Source: an uncultured Candidatus Rokubacteria bacterium
GTDB taxonomy: Bacteria > Methylomirabilota > Methylomirabilia > Rokubacteriales > DASRDR01
Direction: 5' to 3'
DNA: 64,000 bases
NCBI GenBank assembly: GCA_963805625.1
Contig: CAWDVE010000010.1
Coordinates: 2,016,001 to 2,080,000 of the forward strand
The translations under genes were made by a program, and so were the position numbers. Positions 18,569-28,957 of this stretch are shown piece by piece (position 1 is the stretch's first letter; every line of letters starts with the position of its first letter). The notes under the pieces are model-generated. The model saw only the letters and a list, made by a program, of their open reading frames with translations. It had not been told where the DNA came from and did not search any database.

Positions 18569-19978
18569 TCAGGCCCCCTCCAGCAGGCGTCGCACGTCCG
18601 TCAGCCGTCCCGTCACCGCGGCGGCCGCGGCCATGGCCGGGCTCATCAGGTGGGTGCGGGCGCCCCTGCCCTGTCGACCCGGGAAGTTGCGGTTCGAGGT
18701 CGACGCACAGCGCTCCCCCGCCCCGACCGCGTCGCCGTTCATCGCGACGCACATGGAGCAGCCGGCCTCGCGCCACTCGAAGCCGGCGTCGGTGAAGGCC
18801 CGGTGCAGCCCCTCCGCCTCGGCCTGGGCCTTGACCTCGCCAGACCCGGGCACCACGATGGCCGGCACCATCGCCTTCCGACCCCCGAGCACGGCGGCCG
18901 CGGCCCGGAGGTCCTCGATCCGGCTGTTCGTGCACGACCCGATGAACACCCGATCGATCGGGAGCCCGCTGAGCGGAGTGCCCGGTGTCAGCCCCATGTA
19001 CGCGAGGGCCCGCTCCACCGCGCGCCGCGCGTCGGCGGTGGCGACACTCGCCGGATCCGGCACCCGGCCCCCGATGGGCACGCTCTGCCCCGGCGTGATC
19101 CCCCAGGTCACCATCGGCGCCATCTCCCCGGCGTCGACGGTCACCTCGGCGTCGAAGCGAGCGCCCTCGTCGGTCGGGAGGGTGCGCCAGTAGGCCAGGG
19201 CCCGGTCCCACAGCGCGCCGGAGGGCGCGAACGGGCGGCCCTCGAGGTACCGGTATGTCGTGTCGTCGGGCGCCACCATGCCGGCCCGGGCCCCCGCCTC
19301 GATCGACATGTTGCAGACGGTGAGCCGCTCCTCGACCGACATGGCCGAGATCGCCGGACCGGCGTACTCGACGACGTGCCCGACCGCGCCGTCGGTCCCA
19401 ATCCGGGCGATGATCGCCAGGATGACGTCCTTGGCGCTCACCCCGCGGGGCCGCCTGCCCTCGACGGTGATCCGCATCACGCGGGGTTTGACCTGCCAGA
19501 TCGTCTGCGTGGCCAGGACGTGGGCGTTCTCCGACTGGCCGATCCCGAACGCGAAGGCCCCCAGGGCCCCGTGAGTCGAAGTATGGCTGTCCCCGCAGAC
19601 GATGACGAGCCCGGGCTGGGTGATGCCCTGCTCGGGACCGACCACGTGCACGATCCCCTGGCGCCGGTCGCCAAGCGGGAAGAGGTGGATTCCTCGACCT
19701 GCCACGTTCCGGTCGAATGTCTCGACCATCCGGCGGATCTCGGGCGTCGGGGCGTCCGCGAGCGACCGGCTGACCGTCGGCACGTAGTGGTCGGGCGTGC
19801 CGTACGTCTGGCCCGGTCGGCGCAACCCGAGCCCGCGCCGGCCGAGGTCCGCAAAGGCGTGGAACGAGCCGTCGTGGATGATGTGGCGATCGACGTAGAG
19901 CAGGCAAGGCTCGTCGCGGCGAGCCAGCACGAGGTGGCTCTCCCAGATCTTGTCGAACAGGGTCCGCGGTTCCGCCAT
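18569..19978 (-). CDS. leuC: Isopropylmalate dehydratase-family large subunit (4Fe-4S aconitase family)
   Basis: [74 protein letters not shown]. Confidence 0.95.
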   Translation of the reverse strand: MAEPRTLFDKIWESHLVLARRDEPCLLYVDRHIIHDGSFHAFADLGRRGLGLRRPGQTYGTPDHYVPTVSRSLADAPTPEIRRMVETFDRNVAGRGIHLFPLGDRRQGIVHVVGPEQGITQPGLVIVCGDSHTSTHGALGAFAFGIGQSENAHVLATQTIWQVKPRVMRITVEGRRPRGVSAKDVILAIIARIGTDGAVGHVVEYAGPAISAMSVEERLTVCNMSIEAGARAGMVAPDDTTYRYLEGRPFAPSGALWDRALAYWRTLPTDEGARFDAEVTVDAGEMAPMVTWGITPGQSVPIGGRVPDPASVATADARRAVERALAYMGLTPGTPLSGLPIDRVFIGSCTNSRIEDLRAAAAVLGGRKAMVPAIVVPGSGEVKAQAEAEGLHRAFTDAGFEWREAGCSMCVAMNGDAVGAGERCASTSNRNFPGRQGRGARTHLMSPAMAAAAAVTGRLTDVRRLLEGA

Positions 19979-21021
19979 GGATGGCCCAAACTATAGCACC
20001 GATGGCGGACCGCCCGCTGCCGCGCATCCGTCTCGTCGTGCGTGCTGACCATCACAACGGATGCGGCCCGATGATTCAATCAGGGTCTGGGCAAAGAGCA
20101 CGAGAGCGGACCACGTCGCTTTGACCTGGGCATGCCGCTCTAACGAATACCTGGATCCCCGCTCGTATCGGGCTTTCGCCACCGGCTCGATGGCGGCGAG
20201 CCTGCCCGATCTCAACCCGACCGGCGTCTTCGAGCAAGGCCGCGCTGAATGCGCTCAAACCGAAGCCTCCGTTCCCGGTGCTCACGATGAGCGAGGAGTG
20301 CCGGCTCGGGCGCGAGCAAATCGAGACCGCGTACGCGCTGAAGCAAATCGACCCAGCGCCACCAGCACCACGACGGCAAGCCGGCCCCGGGTTGGATCGC
20401 GCCAGGCGGGGCGGCTCTCAGAAGTGGAGAAGCGGCTGCAAGGGCTGCAAGCCCAGCACCATACGGCCTGCATCCTCGTGCTGTTGAGGGCCATGCCGAT
20501 ATGCTGGAAGAGGGGCTGGTGACGGTAGTGAGCACTCATCAGAAAAATGAGGAATTCGGCACATTGCCGCGCGTGCCAAAGAGCGGCTGAATGGGGCCTG
20601 CGGGGAAGAGGATCCCGCGTGGGTAGCCTCAATCAAAGGAGGGGCATGGAGGACGCTCCACCCGGCCCTAGAGAAGCACCGCCAGGCGGCGTTGGTCCTT
20701 CGTGCCGAGAGTCGCCCAGCGGTGCCGAGTACGTAGTACCAGGATCCTGGCACTTGCCGGGACGGTGCAGGCGAGAACCTGCCCAGACCAAAAGGGCGGC
20801 CGGAGCGGTTGGCCGCCCTAGTTCTTTCTACGGGTCGCCCGCTCCCGAACCAGGGTCAGGGCATTGGCGGTGGACAGATGGAACCGCCCCAGCTCCAGCC
20901 GTCCAGCCTTCACCTTGGAGAGGTCAACGTCTCCGCCGACGCCGACCCGGTCACCAGGGTCAGCACGACGGCGAAGACCAGCAGCACCCGCGTTCGCTGT
21001 CGTTCCGCGGGTCCGAGCATG

Positions 21022-22797
21022 TCAGGAGAGGGATTTGGACACGCTCGCCTCTCGCTCAGCTCCCGCAGCGTGCATCGCCGCGAGGTACCCGAACGTCATC
21101 GCCAGTCCCAGTTGCGACCCGGCGCCCGGGTACTCGCCGCCCATGACGGAATGCATGTCATTCCCGCACGCGTACAGACCCGTGATCGCTCGGCTGGAAC
21201 CATCGAGCACTTGGGCGTGAAGGTTCGTGCGCAACCCCAAGCTGGTGCCGAGCGGGGTCGGGACGACCGCGACCGCGCAGTACGGTGGCTTCGTCAGCGG
21301 TCCGAGACACGGGTTCGGCGAATACTCAGGATCGCCGTTTGCGCGGTCGTAAGCGTTGCTCCCTTTGCCGAAGTCGGCGTCCACTCCGGTCCGGGCGAAC
21401 ACGTTGTGCGCCCTGATCGTCTCGACCAGGCCCGCGGCGTCGACGCCTATCTTGCGGGCCAGGGCCTCCACCGAGTCCGCGACGTGGAGGTAGCCGCTGT
21501 CGACAAACCGCTTCAATCTGAACGTACGAGGTCTGATCGTCCCCAAACCGTACTTCCAGAGGAACCGTCGGTCGCAGACCAGCATGGCGGGGATGCTCGG
21601 AACGCTCCGGTGTGAGCGGTACATCGCGCGCGTGAACTCGTGGTACGACACCGCTTCGTCGACGAACCTCTGTCCCGCCGAATTGACGGCCACCAGACCC
21701 GGCTTCGCGCGGTCCAAAACGATGTGCGGGTACACCGCCGTCGACCCGTCCTTGCGGGTCGCGATCGAGCTCGGGAACCAGAGCGCGTTGTCCGCTCCCG
21801 AAGGGCCGAGGGAGGCGCCGATCTCCTGGGCCAGCAGCAGCGTCTCTCCCACGCACCCCTCGAATGCGGCCGTATGCTGCGCCACTGGCTTGGGCAAGTA
21901 GCGCTCGCGGAGCCCCGGGCTCGCGGGGAAGCCTCCACCGGCGAGCACGACTCCGCGCGTCGCGCGCACCCGCACCTCCGAGCCGTCTCGCTCGACGACA
22001 AGACCGTCGGCGCGCCCGTCCTCCGAGATGAGCCGCGTGGTCCGGCCGTTGAACCAGATCGCGACGCGGCGATCGAGTAAGCTCTTGAAGAGTCTCGCCG
22101 CTAGCGCGTTCCCCAGCACGAGTCGCGTCCCACGCGTGTGACGCCAGCGATCCCGGACATAGCGCGCACTCAACGTCACTCCCAGCCGCAATGCATCCCA
22201 CGATCTCGGGATCCGCAAGAGGCGTGCCACCTCGCCGCGGGTCACCATCATCCCGCCGAACAGCATGAGCTCCGGCAGGGGCCAGCGCACCCGATCGAAC
22301 GCCTGGCCCAGCGTGCGCCCGTCGAACGGCAGTGGCTCCAGCGGCCGCCCGCCTTCCGCTGCCCCCGGCAGCTCCTGGCGATAGTCCGGATGGTGACGAT
22401 AGATCTGGAAGCGGACATCTGCGCGGGTCTCAAGATACTCCAGCATCTGGGGTCCCGCGGCGATGAAGGCCTCGCGTAACGTGCGATCTGCGCGGCCGTC
22501 GACGAGCGCATCCAGGTAGCGGAGCGCCGCCTCTGCGTCGTCGGTGATGCCGAGGCGGCGTTGCTGCGCATTATTCGGAATCCACACGCTCCCAGACGAA
22601 CGGGCCGTGGTCCCGCCGATTTGATCGCTTCTTTCGATCACGAGGGTACGCATACCCTCGATCGCCGAGACGAGCGCCGCGGTCATGCCGCCCGCGCCGG
22701 CGCCGAGGACGACCAGGTCGTACTCCTCATCCCAGCGTGACGCCGTCGATCTCACATTGACGCCTCGATCGGTGCCATATCCATCGCTCCCCCGCAT
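21022..22797 (-). CDS. FAD-dependent oxidoreductase, 3-ketosteroid dehydrogenase/fumarate reductase flavoprotein family
   Basis: DLVVLGAGAGG, GGTTARSSG, VVLAGGGF, GQRFVDEA, GLYACGND, YPGAGSQLG. Start uncertain. Confidence 0.9.
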   Translation of the reverse strand: MRGSDGYGTDRGVNVRSTASRWDEEYDLVVLGAGAGGMTAALVSAIEGMRTLVIERSDQIGGTTARSSGSVWIPNNAQQRRLGITDDAEAALRYLDALVDGRADRTLREAFIAAGPQMLEYLETRADVRFQIYRHHPDYRQELPGAAEGGRPLEPLPFDGRTLGQAFDRVRWPLPELMLFGGMMVTRGEVARLLRIPRSWDALRLGVTLSARYVRDRWRHTRGTRLVLGNALAARLFKSLLDRRVAIWFNGRTTRLISEDGRADGLVVERDGSEVRVRATRGVVLAGGGFPASPGLRERYLPKPVAQHTAAFEGCVGETLLLAQEIGASLGPSGADNALWFPSSIATRKDGSTAVYPHIVLDRAKPGLVAVNSAGQRFVDEAVSYHEFTRAMYRSHRSVPSIPAMLVCDRRFLWKYGLGTIRPRTFRLKRFVDSGYLHVADSVEALARKIGVDAAGLVETIRAHNVFARTGVDADFGKGSNAYDRANGDPEYSPNPCLGPLTKPPYCAVAVVPTPLGTSLGLRTNLHAQVLDGSSRAITGLYACGNDMHSVMGGEYPGAGSQLGLAMTFGYLAAMHAAGAEREASVSKSLS

Positions 22798-22867
22798 GGT
22801 CACGGAGCTCCCCTGCGTTCGCCGCGATGTCGCCGGGCACCACGGTCGGCGAGGGCGACGGAAGCGG

Positions 22868-23275
22868 TCATGGTTTGCGGCGGCCGTCGACGGGCTTCGC
22901 CTGGGGCATGTCAGCCGGGGGGGATGCCACCACAATGAAGATCAGGTCCTCCAGCCCCGTGTTGAAGATCCCGTGCCGCACTCCGGCGGGGATGTGCACG
23001 ACCATGTGGGGCTCCACGAGATGCCTCTTCCCGTCCAGTTCCACCATCCCCTTGCCCTGAAGGACGTAGTAGATGTTCTCCGCGACCTCGTGGACGTGGA
23101 CCTCGGCGTACCCCTTCGGCTGATAGCTGGAGATCCGGAAGTCGAAGTACCGCGTGTCCGCATTGCTCGGATGCACCAGCATCTTCGAGAAAGCCTCGAA
23201 GTGTCCGGGAGGCTGCTCCCAGAAGGCCTCCTCGGCTCGCATCACCTTCGCTTTGGGTTTCGTCCCTTTCCTCAT
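22868..23275 (-). CDS. Cupin domain protein
   Basis: HVHEVAENIYYVLQGKG...HIPAGVRH cupin motifs; GGAGGAG RBS. Confidence 0.88.
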   Translation of the reverse strand: MRKGTKPKAKVMRAEEAFWEQPPGHFEAFSKMLVHPSNADTRYFDFRISSYQPKGYAEVHVHEVAENIYYVLQGKGMVELDGKRHLVEPHMVVHIPAGVRHGIFNTGLEDLIFIVVASPPADMPQAKPVDGRRKP

Positions 23276-23764
23276 GGCTCCTCCCTGGGCTCGGATTTCA
23301 GACGGAACCGGGCCCCGTCCGAGCCACGGGATCCATCCGGCCCGGCTGGCCCTGGCACGCGGCCACGCAATCCGCGCGTCCTCAGACAATCCTCTCGTGG
23401 CGCGAGCACGCTTACGCGACCGATTCGAGCGACACACGGCACCCTTGACGTCCCATGGCCATGAAGGGTACGCCGCATGATCGCCTGGCATGCCGACGAC
23501 GGACGGCCTCCGGGCCTCATCGAAGGAGTCTTCCCGAGAGTCCGTCGACCCGCCGTGGTGATAGTCCCTCGACGCGGTGCACGGTCGGCCGTCAAGCGCC
23601 GCCGCCTCGTCCGGCTCGGGCGGGAAATCACCTCCGTCGGAAGTCGTCGCCTCCATCGCGCGCGGGAAGCGGAGCTTCCCCCGGTGAGTCGAATGACGGA
23701 CGTACCCACGACCTCCGGGGCCTGCCCGGTGCTCCGATCCCCGTAACGGCTGCCGGGGCGCCAA

Positions 23765-25555
23765 TCATCGATCGGATCGCACTCGATACGTGGGGACAAA
23801 TGGCTTGAGAGGAGGCAGCACCCACCCCCCAGTAGCGACTGGACGCTCGTCAGACTGCACCGGAACGTCGATGACGGACGGACCGTTGGAGGCGAGTGCG
23901 GCAGCCAGGGCCTCACCGAAGTCGTTGGGCTTCTCGACCCGGTACCCGTCCGCCCCCATGGCCCGGGCCAGCGCGGCGAAGTCGGTGCTCACGAGATCAC
24001 CCGTGCGCCCGTCGCGAAAGCGCGTGGCCAGCTCGCGCGGACCAAACGCCCCGACCTGAAGATCGCGAATGGACACATAGCCGCCGTTATTCCACACGAC
24101 CCACACCGCCGGGACATGGTACTCCACGGCCGTGGCCACGCTATGCGCAGCCATCAGAAAGCCCCCATCGCCACACACCGCGATAGCCGGGCGCTCGGGC
24201 GCGGCGAGCTTGGCGCCCACGACGCCGCAGACGGCGAAGCCCATCGATCCGAAGCCCCAGGACTGAAGAAACGATCGGGGCCCCCGCACCTTGAGGCGCT
24301 GGACCAGCCAGTTGTGGTGCACGCCGACGTCGGAGAGCACGATGGCTTGGTCGTCCAGCACGCGCGACAAGGTCGCCACCACGCGTTCCGGGTGGAGCGG
24401 AACGCCTTCAGTCTCGGCCAGCGGGCCCCGGTCCATTTCCCAGAGGTCCCGGGCGGCCGCCAGACGCTTGACCCACTCCGCGTGCCGTCCCTTCGGGGTC
24501 TCGCGGTGCTCGATCTGCGCTATGAGCTGGCGCACCACGGTCCGGGCGTCGCCGAGGACACTGACGGCCACCGGGTAGTTTCGGCCGATCTCGGAAGGAT
24601 CCACATCCACCTGGATGAGCTTGGTCGGCGGAATGCTGAACGTGTATCCGGAGATCCAGCTGCTCGACATTCGATCGTCGAACCGCGCGCCAAGGGCCAG
24701 GATCACATCGGCATTGCGGGTCGCCTCGTTGGCGGCGTAGGCGCCGTTGCGGCCGACGTTGCCGAAATACAATGGATGGTCGGCGGCAAGGACGCCCGCG
24801 GCCAGCGGTGTACTCACGGTTGGCACGTTGAGACGCTCGGCCAGCGCCTGCACGTCCCGCTCGGCTTCGGAGAGCACGCAACCTCCGCCCACCAGCACCA
24901 CGGGCTTCGTGGCTCCGAGCAGAAGCTCGAGTGCCGCCAACAGCCGCTGGTCTTCCGCAGCGCTTCGGGCGCGCGCCACATCCCCGACCGGTTGCTCCCA
25001 CTCGTCCCCGGCCTCGACCCTCTCCACGAACAGATCGAGCGGCACGTCGACCTGCACCGGACCCGGGCGTCCACCGAGCATCTCCTGAAACGCCAGCCGC
25101 ATCGCCAGCGCCAACTGGTCAGGCCTGGTCGGCTGGAAACTGCGCTTGACATACGGCCGAAGGACCGACGGAAAGTCCGCCTGATGGTGCCGGTACGTCT
25201 CCTGGAACGCGCCACGGTTGAACTGAACACTCGGCACGTTGCCCGTGATGGCGAGGAGCGCGGAGGAATCCATCATGGCTGACGCGATGGCCACGGGGAG
25301 ATTCGCCGACCCCGGTCCGCAGGACGTGAACGTGACGGCCGGCCGGTGCAGTACGCGCCAGTACGCGTCGGCCATGTGTCCCGCCGCCTGTTCATGATGG
25401 ACGGACACGGTCCGGATCTGATCCTGGACATCGTAAAGCGCGTCCAGGAGACCGATGTTGCCGTGGCCGCACAGTCCGAACGCGAAACGGACGCCTTCGC
25501 ACAGCAGCCTGTCCACAATGACCTGCGCCCCGGTCTTAGAGAGCGTCGTGACCAT
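23765..25555 (-). CDS. Thiamine pyrophosphate-binding enzyme (acetolactate synthase large-subunit family)
   Basis: FGLCGHG, HHEQAAGHMAD, TSCGPGSAN and the TPP motif GDGGFLM...NNGGY. Confidence 0.93.
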   Translation of the reverse strand: MVTTLSKTGAQVIVDRLLCEGVRFAFGLCGHGNIGLLDALYDVQDQIRTVSVHHEQAAGHMADAYWRVLHRPAVTFTSCGPGSANLPVAIASAMMDSSALLAITGNVPSVQFNRGAFQETYRHHQADFPSVLRPYVKRSFQPTRPDQLALAMRLAFQEMLGGRPGPVQVDVPLDLFVERVEAGDEWEQPVGDVARARSAAEDQRLLAALELLLGATKPVVLVGGGCVLSEAERDVQALAERLNVPTVSTPLAAGVLAADHPLYFGNVGRNGAYAANEATRNADVILALGARFDDRMSSSWISGYTFSIPPTKLIQVDVDPSEIGRNYPVAVSVLGDARTVVRQLIAQIEHRETPKGRHAEWVKRLAAARDLWEMDRGPLAETEGVPLHPERVVATLSRVLDDQAIVLSDVGVHHNWLVQRLKVRGPRSFLQSWGFGSMGFAVCGVVGAKLAAPERPAIAVCGDGGFLMAAHSVATAVEYHVPAVWVVWNNGGYVSIRDLQVGAFGPRELATRFRDGRTGDLVSTDFAALARAMGADGYRVEKPNDFGEALAAALASNGPSVIDVPVQSDERPVATGGWVLPPLKPFVPTYRVRSDR

Positions 25556-25649
25556 CTTCCGCCTCCCGTCCTCTCGGCCGCCCGGGCCACGGTCTGCCCG
25601 AGGCAGCGAACACGCAAGGACGCGGCCTATCGCACATCCTGTTCAGTGC

Positions 25650-25720
25650 TGAGGGAAGTGAAGGACTCGAACCCGCGACCTCCGGATTGGCGGTCCAGTG
25701 TGCGTAGCGGCTGCACCCCA
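25650..25720 (-). pseudogene. Degenerate tRNA-like remnant (Gly GCC-like anticodon loop)
   Basis: Minus strand CTGGA-CCGCCAA-TCCGG-AGGTC-GCGGG-TTCGAGT-CCTTC: anticodon arm, variable loop and T-loop are recognisable; the D-arm and acceptor stem do not pair. Confidence 0.4.
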
Positions 25721-25901
25721 AGCTCGACCAGATCGGACCGTATCACGCGTCTCTGGGAGGATCAAACACTGCAGCGTCTGGACGCATCTCACCGCCGCCG
25801 ATACTTGGCCTTGGCTTCGAGGTGGCGCCTACGCGTCCAGCCGTTCTCGGCCAGCCCCTGCGTCCCCACGGGGCATCGCGGCCATCCCTTATGATGAGGG
25901 G

Positions 25902-26708
25902 GTGCCACGGCTCGAGCGCGCGGGGTTGGTCACGGCCTACGCCGTCGAGGGCGCCGGGCCGCCGGTCCTCCTGATCCATGGCGTGGGCGCCCGACTCGAC
26001 GCCTGGGACGGAGTCGTGGCGGCGCTCGGCGGGTGCTTCACGACGATCCGCTTCGACCTCCGCGGCCACGGCGAGTCCTCGAAGCCACCGGGCCCGTACT
26101 CGGCCGCGCTCTTCGCCGAGGACGCGCGCGTGCTGCTCGACCACCTCGGCATCGGCCGGTGCCACGTCGCAGGTCACTCGCTGGGCGCTACGGTTGCCCT
26201 CCGCCTGGCCCTCGACCAGTCCGACCGCGTCGAGGGCCTCGCTCTCCTCAGCGCCGCGGCAGGCCGCACCGAGGAGGAGCGGCAGCGCGTGCTGGAGCGG
26301 CTCGTGATCGTTGAGCACGGCATCCCCGGCGAGCACTTTCGCCGCTCGCTCTCCCGGTGGTTCTCGGACGAGTTCCGGCGCGCCAACCCGGAGCTGCTCG
26401 AGCGATACGCGGCGCGCAATATGGAGAATGACCCGCGCGCTTATGCGGCGGCCTATCACGTCCTCGCCACGACGGACCTCGCCGAGGAGGCCGCGCGGGT
26501 CCGCGTCCCGACGCTCATCGTGACGGGCGAGGGTGACGTCGGCTCAAACCCGCGCATGGCCCGGCTCCTGCACACGCGGATCCCCGGCTCGCGGCTCGAG
26601 ATCCTGCCCGGGCTCCGGCACGCGATACTGATCGAGGCGCCCACGCTCGTCGCGCGACTGCTCGCCGGCTTCTTCGCCGGCTCCCCGAGCGGCGCGGGGC
26701 GGGGTTGA
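25902..26708 (+). CDS. Alpha/beta hydrolase (3-oxoadipate enol-lactonase-like)
   Basis: LLIHGVG, FDLRGHGES, GHSLG nucleophile, GEGDVGS, LRH. Confidence 0.88.
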   Translation: MPRLERAGLVTAYAVEGAGPPVLLIHGVGARLDAWDGVVAALGGCFTTIRFDLRGHGESSKPPGPYSAALFAEDARVLLDHLGIGRCHVAGHSLGATVALRLALDQSDRVEGLALLSAAAGRTEEERQRVLERLVIVEHGIPGEHFRRSLSRWFSDEFRRANPELLERYAARNMENDPRAYAAAYHVLATTDLAEEAARVRVPTLIVTGEGDVGSNPRMARLLHTRIPGSRLEILPGLRHAILIEAPTLVARLLAGFFAGSPSGAGRG

Positions 26709-26904
26709 CGCACCTGCCGGCCTGTCCTACGGTGCCTTGCACCGATGCCCGGCCGCCGCCTCATGACCGGCTCCGCGAGCACTTCAGGGGCGCCCAGGCC
26801 GACGAGAGGCAGGAAAAGGTGGGCGCGCCCGACGTACCGCCGGCCGCGCATGCGTGATCGTCGGCGGGCAGTCGGGCGCGCCGCACGGGCCCAATGCCCC
26901 GAAC

Positions 26905-27128
26905 GACTCCTGGAGTACAGCGTCGAGGCGAAGCGCCCGTTTGGAACTGACTGTCCGGTCGCGACGCCGAAGGAGGCGATCGCGCAGTTCCGCGGGTTGA
27001 ACCGGATGGTGGAAGATGCGAACCTGCCCCGGATCCCGGAGCGCGTCATCGGGGCGATGCCCTACGAGCGACCCTTCGAGCTCCTGGGGCTCGCGACGCC
27101 GCACGACGGAGGAGACCGATCACGATGA
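26905..27128 (+). pseudogene. C-terminal remnant of an amidohydrolase_2-family gene
   Basis: LLEYSVEAKRPFGTDCPVATPKEAIAQFRGLNRMVEDANLPRIPERVI...FELLGL resembles the family C-terminus (FGSDYP). Its stop overlaps the LLM start; no N-terminal part found. Confidence 0.5.
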
Positions 27129-28561
27129 AGTTTGACTACTTCGTGACCCACACGCGGGTGGATGCCGCCGAGCCGTTCGAGCAGGTCTACGCCGGCGGGC
27201 TCGAGCAGCTGAAGCTGTGCGACCAGATGGGACTGAACACCGTCTGGTTCCCCGAGCACCAGTTCACCAACCAGCTCTGCTCACCGGCACCGCTCATCAA
27301 CGTGGTGGACGCCGCACATCGCACCCGTCGCGTCAGGCTCGGCACGGCGGTCGTCATCACACCGTACTACGACCCCCTGCTCCTGGCGGGGCAGGTCGCG
27401 CTGGCCGACCAGCTCACGCAGGGGCGCCTGGACATCGGCTTCGGCCGCGGCGGTTTCAAGTACGAGTACGAGCGGCTCGGGATGACGGAGCCGCTCGCCG
27501 CCGCCCGCCAGCAGGAGGCCCTCGAGATCATCCTTCGGGGGTGGACGGAGACGGACTTCGCCTATTCGGGCACCCATTTCAAGTTCCCCGAGGTGACGGT
27601 CGTCCCGCGCCCGTTCCAGCGGCCGTGCCCGCCCACGTGGATCGCTGCGCGCACGCCGGACAGCCTGCGATTCGCGGCCGAGCACGGCATCGGCATCATG
27701 ATGGCGCCGCAGCGTCAGCCGATCAGCCGCCTTCAGGGCCAGATGCGGCTCCTCGACGCCATCTGCGAGGACCTTGGCGTGGACCGGCCACCGGTGCGCA
27801 TGAGCCGCGAGATCTGGGTGTCGACCAGCCAGGCCGAGACGCGGCGGGTCGCCGAGCTGCTGCGGGAGTACCACACGGTGCAGTGGAACCTCCACCAGAA
27901 CGCCGCGCCGACGGTGGACGGCTTCACGGAGGCCGTCCCGCTCCCCCGGGGCTACGACATCTCACCAGAGGAGCTGATCGCGCGGAGCGTGATGGGCGAA
28001 CCCGAGCAGTGCGTCGAGCGGCTCCGCGAGTACGAAGCCCTGGGCGCCGACGCATTCATCGCCAACTTCGACTGGGGCCAGCCGAAGCGGGACATCCTCC
28101 GGTCGATGGAGCTCTTCGCGGAGCGGGTGCTGCCGCACTTCGCCGACGACCGGCCCGCGGTTCGACCCGTGCCGGACCCGCACGGCCGCGCTCGCACCGC
28201 GGTACGCGAACCGGTGCTCATCGACGTCGAGGGGCTGGCGGGGGACTGGATGCACTGGGAAGCCGACGAGTGGTTCGGACAATTCGAGCGCGTGTCCGGG
28301 GGCGAGCACCGGCGGAGCCACATCTTCGACTTCGCCACCGCGCCAAAGGTGCGGGCACACGCGGACGGCTCGGTCGACGTGCAAGGGCTCCTGCGCCTCG
28401 TCTCGGACGTCGGGTGCCCGGACTGCGGTCGGCCCGTCATCGCGCTGTACCGGCGGTGGGAGGGCGAGGACCGGGCGGCGATCACTCGACATCTCACGGA
28501 GCGCATGCGCGCGCTCCGGTGGCACGAACGACACACGAACCGACGACCGATGGGACGGTGA
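27125..28561 (+). CDS. LLM-class (luciferase-like) flavin-dependent oxidoreductase with a C-terminal extension
   Basis: VWFPEHQF, RLGTAVV, DQLTQGRLDIGFGRG, SMELFAERVLPHF, then about 135 extra residues including CPDCG. Confidence 0.9.
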   Translation: MKFDYFVTHTRVDAAEPFEQVYAGGLEQLKLCDQMGLNTVWFPEHQFTNQLCSPAPLINVVDAAHRTRRVRLGTAVVITPYYDPLLLAGQVALADQLTQGRLDIGFGRGGFKYEYERLGMTEPLAAARQQEALEIILRGWTETDFAYSGTHFKFPEVTVVPRPFQRPCPPTWIAARTPDSLRFAAEHGIGIMMAPQRQPISRLQGQMRLLDAICEDLGVDRPPVRMSREIWVSTSQAETRRVAELLREYHTVQWNLHQNAAPTVDGFTEAVPLPRGYDISPEELIARSVMGEPEQCVERLREYEALGADAFIANFDWGQPKRDILRSMELFAERVLPHFADDRPAVRPVPDPHGRARTAVREPVLIDVEGLAGDWMHWEADEWFGQFERVSGGEHRRSHIFDFATAPKVRAHADGSVDVQGLLRLVSDVGCPDCGRPVIALYRRWEGEDRAAITRHLTERMRALRWHERHTNRRPMGR

Positions 28562-28566
28562 CGACC

Positions 28567-28956
28567 ATGGCGACGCTGGAGGAGTATCGCGGGATCGGGC
28601 AAAAGCTGCGGCAGCGGGTGTTCGGGCCGCCGACGGGCGCCAAGAGTCCGACGCAGGAGCTGGCCCCCGACCTGGGGCGGATCAGCGACGAGGTCCTGTT
28701 CGGCCAGATCTGGAGCCGCCCCGGCCTGGAGCTGCCACACCGGAGCATGATCACCATCGCCGCGCTCACGGCGCTGGGACGGGAGACGGAGCTCCGAGCA
28801 CACATCCGGGGAGGGCTCAACCTCGGGCTCTCGCGCGAGCAGATCGTGGAGATCATCTTGCAGATGGCCTTCTACGCCGGCCAGCCGGCGGCCCACGCCG
28901 GCTTCCGTGCGGCCAAGGAGGTCTTCGACCAGCTCGACAAGCAGGGAGGACACTGA
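28567..28956 (+). CDS. Carboxymuconolactone decarboxylase family protein
   Basis: LFGQIWSRPGL, RSMITIAALTALG, ELRAHIRGGLNLG, EIILQMAFYAG. Confidence 0.9.
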   Translation: MATLEEYRGIGQKLRQRVFGPPTGAKSPTQELAPDLGRISDEVLFGQIWSRPGLELPHRSMITIAALTALGRETELRAHIRGGLNLGLSREQIVEIILQMAFYAGQPAAHAGFRAAKEVFDQLDKQGGH

Positions 28957-28957
28957 C

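Noticed and set aside
20050-21020. Possible genes between leuC and the FAD oxidoreductase
   Set aside because: Only short protein-like pieces, such as a signal-peptide-like start at 21020 that soon hits a stop. No family could be assigned.
23351-23372. Sigma54 promoter (TGGCAC)
   Set aside because: The -12 TTGC element is absent at the required spacing, and the orientation does not match the adjacent genes.
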